Below, piece by piece: positions 1-7,760 of a DNA stretch of 32,000 nucleotides. How positions within the stretch are numbered: the stretch's first letter is position 1; the number at the start of each line of letters is the position of its first letter. The translations under genes were made by a program, and so were the position numbers. The notes under the pieces were generated by a model. That model was not told the origin of the DNA and did no database searches. It was given only the letters and a program-made list of their open reading frames with translations. The stretch spans positions 123,941-155,940 of the forward strand of contig JBAYVT010000002.1 in the NCBI GenBank assembly GCA_041674405.1. Direction: 5' to 3'. Origin of the DNA: Patescibacteria group bacterium (GTDB taxonomy: Bacteria > Patescibacteriota > UBA1384 > XYA2-FULL-43-10).

Positions 1-443
1 AATTCTGTGGTGAACTTTTCAATTATTCGAGAGAGAAAAATAACGGATATTATCTGAATATTCTAGACCAAGTCGGGCTGTACGATGCAAGAAGCATGAT
101 GGTGAGAAATTATTCCAAGGGCATGAAGCAGCGTCTCGGCCTCGCGCAAGCCCTCGTAAATGATCCAGATTATATTTTTCTCGATGAACCGCTCGACGGG
201 CTTGACCCAATCGGCCGCGCCGATATCAAAAATATCATCAAAGGTTTGAAAAAACGAAAAAAAACAGTCTTTTTTTCCTCACACATCCTCTCGGATATCG
301 AAGAGTTATGCGATGAAATCGGCATAATTAATAAAGGAAAATTATTATATTCCGGCTCGGTGAAAAAATTCTGCCGTGGTAGCGCATTTGAAGAAAAATT
401 TGTCGAGGTTATAAAAAATGAAAAACGTACTGGCAATCGCTAA
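1..443 (+). CDS. ABC transporter ATP-binding protein, C-terminal part (5' end outside window)
   Basis: Frame 3 is open from base 3, with no stop before the listed Met at 96. The translation has the ABC signature-like YSKGMKQRLGLAQAL, Walker B IFLDEP, D-loop LDGLD and H-loop SSHIL. Confidence 0.85.
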   Translation, partial: FCGELFNYSREKNNGYYLNILDQVGLYDARSMMVRNYSKGMKQRLGLAQALVNDPDYIFLDEPLDGLDPIGRADIKNIIKGLKKRKKTVFFSSHILSDIEELCDEIGIINKGKLLYSGSVKKFCRGSAFEEKFVEVIKNEKRTGNR

Positions 444-1179
444 AAATACATTCCGCGAGACCATCCGTGATCGGATTCTTTATTCGATTTTGATATTCGG
501 CATGCTTTTCATCATCTCAACTATTTTTTTAGGTTCAATTTCACTCGGCGAAGATCTAAAAATAATTCGCGATCTGGGACTTGCCGGAATTTATATCTTC
601 GGTTTGATTATCACGATTTTTCTCGGAACATCACTCATCTATAAGGAGATTGAAGGAAGAACGCTTTATATCGTTTTTTCGAAGCCGGTTGGAGCAGCCC
701 AATATATCTTGGGCAAATTTCTCGGACTTTTCACATCCGTGGTTCTAACTATTTTGATCATGTCGGTGCTTTATCTTGCAATTGTCGCGGCAAAAGGCGG
801 AGGATTTGATTATTTCGGTCTCGCCGCGATTGGCATGCAGATTTTAGAACTTGCAGTTTTTATTGCGCTTTCGATCCTATTTTCAACCTTTTCGACTCCA
901 CTAGCCTCAACTCTCTACGCGATTTTGCTTCTTTTCATTGGCCATTCACTACCGATGATATTAAAATATGCTTTAAAATCGAGCGTGCTTTTCAAATATT
1001 TCGCATATGCGATTTACTACATTCTGCCCAACCTCGAGAAGTTCAATCTTAGAAACATTGCCGTGCACGGAATTTTGCCGAACGGTTTGGCTGTCTTTTC
1101 TGCTGTAGCTTATGGTGTAGTTTATACGATAATAATTCTCGCAATCGCAAATTATTCCCTGTCCAAACAGGAGGTTTAA
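418..1179 (+). CDS. ABC-2 type transporter permease (multi-pass membrane protein)
   Basis: 253-aa ORF overlapping the ATPase gene by 26 nt, with GAGG about 9 nt upstream of the ATG. It has about 6 hydrophobic helices, typical of ABC-2/NosY-like permeases paired with the upstream ATPase. Confidence 0.75.
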   Translation: MKNVLAIAKNTFRETIRDRILYSILIFGMLFIISTIFLGSISLGEDLKIIRDLGLAGIYIFGLIITIFLGTSLIYKEIEGRTLYIVFSKPVGAAQYILGKFLGLFTSVVLTILIMSVLYLAIVAAKGGGFDYFGLAAIGMQILELAVFIALSILFSTFSTPLASTLYAILLLFIGHSLPMILKYALKSSVLFKYFAYAIYYILPNLEKFNLRNIAVHGILPNGLAVFSAVAYGVVYTIIILAIANYSLSKQEV

Positions 1180-1233
1180 CCAGAATCAAGAATCAGGTAT
1201 TAAGAATTAAGCTCACTGCTTGATACTTGATAC

Positions 1234-2052
1234 ATGATACTTAATACAATAAAAAATAAATCCTTTTTAAAGATGATTATTTTCATCCTTTTATCCGTCT
1301 TGGTTATTGCGACCCAGATTTTTTCCGATGGAGCAAAGGCGGAAACGAAAAAGCCCTCCCCTCTTGTCATGCCGGCAAAAGTTATCGAATTTGTTGATTT
1401 AGGATTAAAAAATGCCGCCGCAGATTTAAATTGGCTAGCTTCCATACAATATTTTGGCGATTGGCAAGATGATGATTATGCGAAACTCACCGCTTATATA
1501 AAAGCGACAAACGAACTAGATCCGAAATTCTCCTACCCCTATGCTTTTGGCGCCATAATTTTACCCGGACTGGGCAAAACTAACGATGCTATCGCGATCG
1601 CCAAAGACGGGATAGCTAACTCCGACCCGGACTACCGCATCCCCTATTATCTTGCCGTTACTTATTTCTTGAACAAGCAAGACTATGCAAACGCAGCATA
1701 TTATTTCGATGTTGCCGCAAGGACAGCCGGCGCACCGGATAACGTAAAAGCAATATCTGCAAGTTTCAATTCCCGGCCGGATCTTAGAGCACAATCAATC
1801 GCTATTTGGACTTCGATTTTTGAAAATTCGAACGATGAAGTTATTCAAGAACGCGCGAAAGCTTACATCATACATTATGAAATTCTAAACATTCTCGAAG
1901 TTGCTGCGGAAGAGTACAAAAATAAGACCGGAAATTATCCGGCAAATATCGAAGACTTAGTGACTGCAAAAATTCTTACAGCAGTGCCAAAAGATCCTTT
2001 TGGGTTTACATACCTTATAGACAACGACGGCAGAGCTAGAATAAATCAATAA
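1234..2052 (+). CDS. hypothetical membrane-anchored/secreted protein, TPR-like helical repeats
   Basis: 272-aa ORF with an N-terminal hydrophobic anchor (MIIFILLSVLVIATQIF). The body is helical-repeat-like (YYLAVTYFLNKQDYANAAYYFDVAA). No family was recognised with certainty. Confidence 0.6.
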   Translation: MILNTIKNKSFLKMIIFILLSVLVIATQIFSDGAKAETKKPSPLVMPAKVIEFVDLGLKNAAADLNWLASIQYFGDWQDDDYAKLTAYIKATNELDPKFSYPYAFGAIILPGLGKTNDAIAIAKDGIANSDPDYRIPYYLAVTYFLNKQDYANAAYYFDVAARTAGAPDNVKAISASFNSRPDLRAQSIAIWTSIFENSNDEVIQERAKAYIIHYEILNILEVAAEEYKNKTGNYPANIEDLVTAKILTAVPKDPFGFTYLIDNDGRARINQ

Positions 2053-2235
2053 TTACTCTTCTTTCTTGTCGTCCTTGTGCTCCTCTTCCCGCTTTCTCTG
2101 CACTCTTTGGATTTCGAAAACCGATTTTCCCGAAACTGGCATATCTTCCTCGCGCTCTTTCTCCGCTTCTTCGAAGAGCTCATCCTCTAAATTTTCGAGA
2201 TCCTCATCGGTGTAATTTGTAAGATTTCCGCTCAT
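2053..2235 (-). CDS. hypothetical small highly acidic protein (60 aa)
   Basis: ORF abutting the convergent gene end at 2052. It is rich in E/D/K and has no recognisable domain. Confidence 0.4.
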   Translation of the reverse strand: MSGNLTNYTDEDLENLEDELFEEAEKEREEDMPVSGKSVFEIQRVQRKREEEHKDDKKEE

Positions 2236-2274
2236 GGTTCAATTATATCGAATGTTTCGTAAAATTTTAATGTG

Positions 2275-2304
2275 GCCGCCTGCTCGCCATCGGGCAGGCG
2301 CGGC
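2275..2304. repeat. GC-rich imperfect palindrome, sibling of the recG in-frame element
   Basis: GCCGCCTGC (2275-2283) pairs with GCAGGCGCGGC (2294-2304) as a 7+2 bp stem with a bulge. It sits directly after the TGA stop (2305-2307, minus strand) of the 75-aa ORF. It shares CGCCTGCCC...CGAG..GGCGG with 5491-5518. Confidence 0.5.
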
Positions 2305-2532
2305 TCACTGGTTTCCGGCTAGCACTTTCGCACCCAAATCTCGAAGCTCAATAAACAACTCCTCAGCTTCGCTCGAGAGCATAGCAGTAAGATCCGCAAG
2401 ATCAATCTTGTCGAGAAGTTCAGAGGCCTTGAGGGAAAACTGCCTTTTTTGACCCTCGTGTACCCCTGCGTCTTCCGCATTTAGATTGAAATTGCTCACG
2501 TACCGCATTACGTCATCAGTCGTCGACGGCAT
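2305..2532 (-). CDS. hypothetical protein (75 aa), GC-elevated relative to neighbours
   Basis: ORF preceded on the minus strand by AGGAAGGGGG about 9 nt from the ATG. Composition is about 50% GC by eye. No domain was recognised. Confidence 0.45.
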   Translation of the reverse strand: MPSTTDDVMRYVSNFNLNAEDAGVHEGQKRQFSLKASELLDKIDLADLTAMLSSEAEELFIELRDLGAKVLAGNQ

Positions 2533-2607
2533 GGCCTTGCCCCCTTCCTAGAAGTCAGTACTCAATTCGTAGCACAAGAATTATGAAAATTCTATGAATT
2601 TCTACAC

Positions 2608-2641
2608 AAAAAAAATCAGGCAATGCCTGACTTGTTTTTTG
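2608..2641 (-). terminator. intrinsic terminator downstream of the HD-hydrolase gene
   Basis: On the minus strand, TCAGGC-ATT-GCCTGA (6-bp stem) is followed immediately by T8 (A-run 2608-2615 on plus). On the plus strand the same hairpin is followed by CTTG then T6. Confidence 0.6.
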
Positions 2642-2650
2642 AATCAATAA

Positions 2651-3244
2651 TTAGAGCTCTATGTTGCTTGCGATTTGTTTCATTGAATCGAGGCAAATCT
2701 CGATGAATTTATCTACGGGAATGTTGAGACCATCCGCTTTCTCGCACATTGAGACTTCATCTCGTCTCGTACCAGCTGCAAATCTTGGTTCTTTGTGAAA
2801 CCTTTTTGTGACAGATTTTAGCTTCACTTCATCCAACTTTTTTGATGGATAAACGAGAGCGACCGCGGTAATCAAGCCCGTTAGGCTGTCGGCACAGAAA
2901 ATCGCCCACTCTGCTTTACTCTCCGGATAGATTTTAGTTAACTCCGGACCGTGCGCTTTCACAATCCGGTCGACTTTATCCGAAATCTCAAGCTTATATT
3001 TTGCAAGGACCTCGCGCGTTTTATGCGGATGATCAGCTTTATTTTCTTCAGAGTAATCAATGTCGTGGATTAGCCCAGCAAGAGCCCACTCATCGCGATC
3101 ATCATCCGCTCCTAGTTTGTTTTGCTCTTTTAAATAATCAAAAATCCCGCCCATGCAGGCTTCAAGCGCCAGAGAATGATAAAAAATATTGGTTTCAAGC
3201 TCCGCCCTTATCGCCTCCAAATATTTTTGCCTATCATAGGTCAT
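2651..3244 (-). CDS. HD-domain metal-dependent phosphohydrolase
   Basis: 197 aa with the H...HD...D pattern (HSLALEAC ... AGLIHDIDY ... HPHKT). Size and layout fit stand-alone HD superfamily hydrolases. Confidence 0.7.
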   Translation of the reverse strand: MTYDRQKYLEAIRAELETNIFYHSLALEACMGGIFDYLKEQNKLGADDDRDEWALAGLIHDIDYSEENKADHPHKTREVLAKYKLEISDKVDRIVKAHGPELTKIYPESKAEWAIFCADSLTGLITAVALVYPSKKLDEVKLKSVTKRFHKEPRFAAGTRRDEVSMCEKADGLNIPVDKFIEICLDSMKQIASNIEL

Positions 3245-3249
3245 TTCTT

Positions 3250-4161
3250 TTACTTTCCCAAAACTTGAAAATAATAGGAAAAAATTTTGTTTTTTATCGC
3301 AGCCGAAAGAAACATTCCAGCAGCAAAACTCATTAAAATATCTTGTGAAAAAATTGGACCAAATAATTTACCCTTCCACGTAGTTCTCCCCAATATATGC
3401 AATGATCTTTCTCGCAGCATATCTGCAGTCGGAATTACCAGGTTAGAGATAACATCATTTTTTTCAATAATCATTTTTGCTTTTTCAACATCTTTTTTGA
3501 ATTTTTCAATTGATTCGAATTCATCTACCGCCATTCCTTTCGCCACCAACGATTTTATCAATAGCTCATTTTCCGAGAGACCAGATTCATCTCTCACAGA
3601 ATACATGTCGAAACAGATGAAGACCCCTCCCGGTTTTAGAACTCTCTTAATCTCTTCGAGAACTTTGGTTTTATTGCTAGTATGACAAATCGTCTCAATT
3701 GCAAAAACAATCTCAAAAGAATCTTCCTCATACAAACTTAGATCGTGATAATCGCCAACAACCTGAGAAAAATTCTTATTTTTTCGATATCTCGCAAGTG
3801 GTTTAAGAGAATAGTCTAGCGCAAAAAAACTGATTGATGGATATTTTGAGGCAAGTAACCCGCTATTAGCGCCATTTCCAGCTCCTAGCTCTAAAATTTT
3901 TTTTGCTTTTAGGCTCTCAATATATTTCTCAATAATTTTGATTGGCCCCAGATAGTCTAACTTTTTGAATTTTCCGTCATACGACAAACCGGAGTGCATC
4001 ATGCCACTACGATCGTAAAAAATGATATACGGCAGTCTATTGATCCTGTAGTACTTTTTAACCCCCTTGCCCTGATATTCATTTTTGAGCACAGCATCAA
4101 TGTCTATCCGTTTCCGCACAATGTTTAAATCTTGATTGATTTTTTGGTCAATGATATTCAT
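3250..4161 (-). CDS. class I SAM-dependent methyltransferase
   Basis: 303 aa with motif I ILELGAGNGANSG, acidic post-I FALDYS and the LKPGGVFICFD motif. It lies 5 nt upstream of the HD gene, so they are a likely operon. Confidence 0.75.
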   Translation of the reverse strand: MNIIDQKINQDLNIVRKRIDIDAVLKNEYQGKGVKKYYRINRLPYIIFYDRSGMMHSGLSYDGKFKKLDYLGPIKIIEKYIESLKAKKILELGAGNGANSGLLASKYPSISFFALDYSLKPLARYRKNKNFSQVVGDYHDLSLYEEDSFEIVFAIETICHTSNKTKVLEEIKRVLKPGGVFICFDMYSVRDESGLSENELLIKSLVAKGMAVDEFESIEKFKKDVEKAKMIIEKNDVISNLVIPTADMLRERSLHILGRTTWKGKLFGPIFSQDILMSFAAGMFLSAAIKNKIFSYYFQVLGK

Positions 4162-4172
4162 GTTTACCTTAT

Positions 4173-4258
4173 TGGTGCTCGGGAGAGGACTTGAACCTCC
4201 ATGGATGTTACTCCGCTAGCTCCTAAGGCTAGTGCGTCTACCATTTCGCCACCCGAGC
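4173..4258 (-). tRNA. tRNA-Leu (anticodon UAG), type II with long variable arm, CCA encoded
   Basis: The reverse complement folds by hand into a cloverleaf. Acceptor is GCTCGGG/CCCGAGC and the D arm is GCG-AAATGGTAGA-CGC. The anticodon arm is CTAGC-CTTAGGA-GCTAG. A 15-nt variable arm, T arm GGAGG-TTCAAGT-CCTCT, discriminator A and CCA complete it. Confidence 0.9.
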
Positions 4259-4291
4259 ATTATTGAACATACGAATTATAGCAAAAAAAGA

Positions 4292-4948
4292 TTATATTGT
4301 CACGAGGTCGGCAAGCTTTTCGAAGGTCTTGTCGCCAATTCCTTTTACATTTTTGAGCTCTTCTATCGATTTAAATCCGCCATGTTGAGTTCGATAGTCA
4401 ATGATTCGAGTCGCATATGCCGTGCCGATGCCTGGTAACGTGTCTAGCTGTGCCGCCGTAGCGGTATTAAGATTAATCTTTCCAACAGGTTTGTTTGCCG
4501 ATGACGCCGACACCGAAGTCGAAGCGCCGGCTATCTGTCCAGTTTCAGCAGGCGCAGTTGCCGTAACAGCCGCAGAGCTTGACACAGGCGCATTTTGTTT
4601 CGACAAATCGCCTATCTCTGCTTCCAATTTTTCTATTCTTGCATCCTGATCAGTGATTCTCTTCTCAAGCACCGGCTTGAAATAATTTTCGCGATAGAGC
4701 AAAAAACCGCCCGAAAGGAGTATTAGAACAAGCAAGATTCCCCCAATAGCAACCCGATGTCGCTCGACAAATTCCGCGGAAAATATGCTTTCCTCCGGCA
4801 AATCGGGTAAAACATTTTTTATTTTCGGGTCTTCGGGTTTTTTCCTAATATGAATTGAAATCAAAAATCTTCCCCACCCCTCCTTAACAGAGTCCAACTT
4901 TCGCCGCCGCCACTCTTTAAATTTGATCTTTGGCTTTTGCTTCCACAT
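4292..4948 (-). CDS. comEA: ComEA-like competence protein (TM anchor plus C-terminal helix-hairpin-helix DNA-binding domain)
   Basis: The C-terminus INLNTATAAQLDTLPGIGTAYATRIIDYRTQHGGFKSIEELKNVKGIGDKTFEKL is the classic ComEA HhH pair. There is one TM helix (VAIGGILLVLILLSGGFLLY) and an Ala/Ser-rich linker. Confidence 0.8.
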   Translation of the reverse strand: MWKQKPKIKFKEWRRRKLDSVKEGWGRFLISIHIRKKPEDPKIKNVLPDLPEESIFSAEFVERHRVAIGGILLVLILLSGGFLLYRENYFKPVLEKRITDQDARIEKLEAEIGDLSKQNAPVSSSAAVTATAPAETGQIAGASTSVSASSANKPVGKINLNTATAAQLDTLPGIGTAYATRIIDYRTQHGGFKSIEELKNVKGIGDKTFEKLADLVTI

Positions 4949-4987
4949 TTTGGTTACTAGTTTTAAGTTTTAAATTGAAATTTTGAG

Positions 4988-7114
4988 TTATTCTAAGTGT
5001 TTATGCGTTAAAAATTCATCAATTTTCTCCATAACTGCCGGATATTTTTCAATATTATTCGTAACGATCTTTGCCCCTTCCGCCGCTTCATCGATGAGCT
5101 CGATGTCGGAATACGATGCCATCCTGAGCTCATTATACCCCGACTGTATGGTTCCAAACATATCACCAGCCCCGCGGTTCTTAAGATCTTGCTCTGCCAG
5201 CTTGAACCCATCAAGAATGTTTTCAAAAGATTTCAGTCGCTCTATCGCCCGCGGGTTCTGGGTACTTGAAAATACAAAGCAGAAGGACTGATGCTCGCCA
5301 CGGCCAACTCTGCCACGGAATTGATGCAATTGTGCCAGCCCAAACCGCTCAGCATCTTCGATCATCATGATCGTTGCATTCGGAATATCCACCCCTACCT
5401 CGACCACCGATGTAGATACCAATATATCAAGTTTACAAGCTTTAAATTCAGCCATTATTTCGTCTTTTGATTTTCCGCCTTTGGCGAGACCTCGCCTGCC
5501 CCGTCGGGGCGAGGCGGGCATTCGACCGTGGAGCATTCCAATCTTTAGATCAGGAAAGATCTGTTTGCTCAATCGATTGTATTCCGCCATTACCGATTTT
5601 CTATCTTCGTCGAATAGTGTTTCTCTCGTTTGCGCTTCCGATTCTTCAATCAGCGGGCAAATCACAAAGGCTTGGCGGCCAGATTGAATCTGCCGGCGAA
5701 TGAAGTCATATGCTTTTAGCCTATTTGTCTCCTCAACAAATCTGGTTTTGATCGGTTTTCGGCCTTTCGGCATGGATTTGATAATCGACAAGTCAAGATC
5801 GCCGAAGAGCGCGAGATGCAATGATCTTGGAATTGGCGTCGCTGTCATCGATAGAAAGTGCGGCCTTAACCCTTCTCTGCTCTTCGTGAGTTCCGCCCGT
5901 TGATTTACACCGAATCTATGTTGTTCGTCCACGATCACGAGCCCCAAGTTCTTGATTTCAACTTTGCCCTGAACCAAAGAATGCGTCCCCACTATCACCT
6001 GCCTCTCGAGCTCGCCCGCAACATTTGCCTTTCTCGTAGAGGAAGTCAAAAGCCCGACTGAAACATCTGATTTTTCTAAAAGCTTATTAAGTGTTTCAAA
6101 ATGCTGTTTGGCAAGGATCTCTGTCGGCGCCATAAGTGCCGTTCGGAAGCCGGCTTTCGCAGCAATGTAGGCAGCGAATGCAGCAACCGCAGTTTTTCCG
6201 CTCCCGACATCCCCGTTAAGTAGCCTATTCATTGGTTTTTTTAATGCTAGATCTTTAGCGATTTGCCAAACAGCCTTTTTCTGATCGGTGGTAAGCTCGA
6301 ATGGCAGAGCATCTGCAAATTTCTTAAGTTCGGGATCTGCGGTCTCAATTTTTGGGGCTGATTCTGTTGCGATCTCTTCCTTGATTAATTGCGAACGGAT
6401 GGCAATCAGAAATAATTCGTCGAATGCTATTCTCCGCCTCGCTTTCGATAAGGCTTGCGAATCCTCCGGCTCGTGGATATTTTTCAGAGCCGACCGGATT
6501 CCTAAGAGATCATATTTATCTAAAATGGGTTGTGGTAAATATTCCTCAAGTTTTGAGATTTGTCCGCCAGCCGGCGGATTAATATTTGAGATCAATCGAG
6601 CTATGAAGTAGCTCGACACACCCGCCGTCTCAGGATAAACTGGAACAATTTTTGGCCGGTTCGCTCGGTTTGGCGACTCCATCACAAGCGAATGAGAAAA
6701 AGAATCGTAGGAAACTTTGCCGTTTAATATAACTTCGGATCCAGCTTTCAGCATTTTTGCCAAGTATGGTTGATTAAACCAAACAACTTTGAGCGATCCG
6801 GAGTTGTCTTCAACTACTGCTTCTGTCACGGTAAACCCCCTGCGTCTCGTTCTTTTATTGGCAATGCCCACTACTCGAGCTCGGATCGTGAAGTTATTAG
6901 TTTTTAGTTCTAAGTTATTAGTTAAGTTACTAATTTTAGTGACTTGGGTATAGTCTTTATATCTTCGTGGATAATGATAAATCAAATCTTGGGCTGTATA
7001 AATTCCCAGCTTATTGAGCTTCGGTGCAACCTTTGGCCCGACACCCTTCAAATATTTAATTTCGGTATTTAAATTTATTTCCATTTCACCAACATTATAC
7101 TTTATACTTTTCAC
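4988..7114 (-). CDS. recG: ATP-dependent DNA helicase RecG
   Basis: 708 aa with Walker A GDVGSGKT, DEQHRFG, SMTATPIPRS, VSTSVVEVGVDIPNAT and QLHQFRGRVGRG. The listed start is GTG at 7114; an ATG at 7084 (MEINLN...) is an alternative start. Confidence 0.92.
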   Translation of the reverse strand: MKSIKYNVGEMEINLNTEIKYLKGVGPKVAPKLNKLGIYTAQDLIYHYPRRYKDYTQVTKISNLTNNLELKTNNFTIRARVVGIANKRTRRRGFTVTEAVVEDNSGSLKVVWFNQPYLAKMLKAGSEVILNGKVSYDSFSHSLVMESPNRANRPKIVPVYPETAGVSSYFIARLISNINPPAGGQISKLEEYLPQPILDKYDLLGIRSALKNIHEPEDSQALSKARRRIAFDELFLIAIRSQLIKEEIATESAPKIETADPELKKFADALPFELTTDQKKAVWQIAKDLALKKPMNRLLNGDVGSGKTAVAAFAAYIAAKAGFRTALMAPTEILAKQHFETLNKLLEKSDVSVGLLTSSTRKANVAGELERQVIVGTHSLVQGKVEIKNLGLVIVDEQHRFGVNQRAELTKSREGLRPHFLSMTATPIPRSLHLALFGDLDLSIIKSMPKGRKPIKTRFVEETNRLKAYDFIRRQIQSGRQAFVICPLIEESEAQTRETLFDEDRKSVMAEYNRLSKQIFPDLKIGMLHGRMPASPRRGRRGLAKGGKSKDEIMAEFKACKLDILVSTSVVEVGVDIPNATIMMIEDAERFGLAQLHQFRGRVGRGEHQSFCFVFSSTQNPRAIERLKSFENILDGFKLAEQDLKNRGAGDMFGTIQSGYNELRMASYSDIELIDEAAEGAKIVTNNIEKYPAVMEKIDEFLTHKHLE
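5474..5518. repeat. 45-nt GC-rich palindromic segment inserted in frame in recG (encodes PASPRRGRRGLAKGG)
   Basis: CGCCTGCCCCG-T-CGGGGCGAGGCG forms an 11-bp stem with one bulge across 5493-5516. A second inverted repeat is GGCGAG-AC-CTCGCC (5483-5496). The block is very GC-rich inside an AT-rich gene and sits between conserved HGRM and KSKDEIMAEF. Confidence 0.6.
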
Positions 7115-7132
7115 TTTGCACTATCACAGGTA

Positions 7133-7161
7133 TTGACATTTATTGACCAGCGTGATATAAG
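7133..7161 (+). promoter_or_regulatory. sigma70-type promoter of GC-island unit A
   Basis: TTGACA (7133-7138), a 17-nt spacer containing TG at 7153-7154 (extended -10), then TATAAG (7156-7161). Confidence 0.6.
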
Positions 7162-7219
7162 TGATCTTGTCGTACCGCGAAGCTTAGGCTCGCGGATCTT
7201 CGTCAGGGAGGTAGTGCCA

Positions 7220-7345
7220 ATGCTCGATCGTCTCGGTCACCGTCTCGCGAAGTCGCCGATATCGTACCCGGTTCTCGGGAAGACCATCGCCGCGATGTCG
7301 CGAGTGACCCGCTGGGTCCAGCGGGTGCACGAGATGCCTGGCTAG
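7220..7345 (+). CDS. candidate small basic protein (41 aa, MLDRLGHRLAKSPISYPVLGKTIAAMSRVTRWVQRVHEMPG)
   Basis: AGGGAGG (7205-7211) lies 8 nt before the ATG at 7220. My hand count of GC at codon positions 1/2/3 is about 64/48/81%, the pattern expected of real coding sequence in GC-rich DNA. No homolog was recognised. Confidence 0.3.
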   Translation: MLDRLGHRLAKSPISYPVLGKTIAAMSRVTRWVQRVHEMPG

Positions 7346-7663
7346 CGGTTCCACCCTGCGGACGTCCGGATAGGTGGCTGTTGAACTGGCCGTAAGATCC
7401 GGACAGCGGAAGGTGGGAGCCGGCGGTTGCGTCGTAGGTCGCAAGGACCAACGCGCCGCCGGCTCCCGCCGGCAAGCCTCATCCATCCTTTCTTCTCGGA
7501 GGTGCTATCATTATCCTCCCCACTTCCGAGATTGGTGGAGAAGGAGTTCCCTGGCGGACGCTCCCTCTCCACCACCGCCCCCCAAGACAGGGCACATCGT
7601 CGGTTCCCAAACCGGTGCTCTGTCTGAGTGTAATGCGCCGACCTCCTCGAGGCCGGCGCTTTT
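7346..7663 (+). ncRNA. candidate structured RNA / structured 3' region of unit A (unknown family)
   Basis: A series of long GC helices. 7412-7426 pairs with 7456-7470, a 12-bp perfect core GGGAGCCGGCGG/CCGCCGGCTCCC extendable to 15 bp. 7494-7500 pairs with 7525-7531. 7534-7546 pairs with 7561-7573 (12 of 13 bp). 7585-7595 pairs with 7615-7625 (11 bp with one G-U). The terminator hairpin follows. Confidence 0.35.
7635..7663 (+). terminator. intrinsic terminator of unit A
   Basis: GCGCCGACCTC-CTC-GAGGCCGGCGC (10 of 11 bp) followed by TTTT (7660-7663). Confidence 0.6.
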
Positions 7664-7725
7664 GCGTCTAATGAGGGTATTCTAACTTCTGTGATCTTCA
7701 GTGAAACAATTCTGTGATCGTATAT

Positions 7726-7754
7726 TTGACTTAATGCAGAGCTTCGTATATATT
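7726..7754 (+). promoter_or_regulatory. sigma70-type promoter of GC-island unit B, with upstream direct repeats
   Basis: TTGACT (7726-7731), a 17-nt spacer, then TATATT (7749-7754). The 10-mer TTCTGTGATC occurs twice just upstream (7687-7696 and 7710-7719). Confidence 0.55.
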
Positions 7755-7760
7755 ATTTCC

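Noticed and set aside
2234-2452. 72-aa plus-strand ORF (MVQLYRMFRKILMWPPARHRAG...).
   Set aside because: It is antisense to the SD-led 75-aa minus-strand ORF and runs through the GC palindrome. The Arg/Ser/Ala-rich translation looks spurious.
4162-4300. tRNA-Leu as an integration site for a mobile element or island.
   Set aside because: No integrase, no direct repeat of the tRNA 3' end and no compositional break were seen adjacent to the tRNA. The neighbours are ordinary housekeeping genes.
5008-6611. Internal ORFs within recG on either strand: 5008-5226, 5367-5687, 5467-5703, 5700-5903 and 6288-6611.
   Set aside because: They are overlapped completely by the strongly supported RecG frame and have no independent signals.
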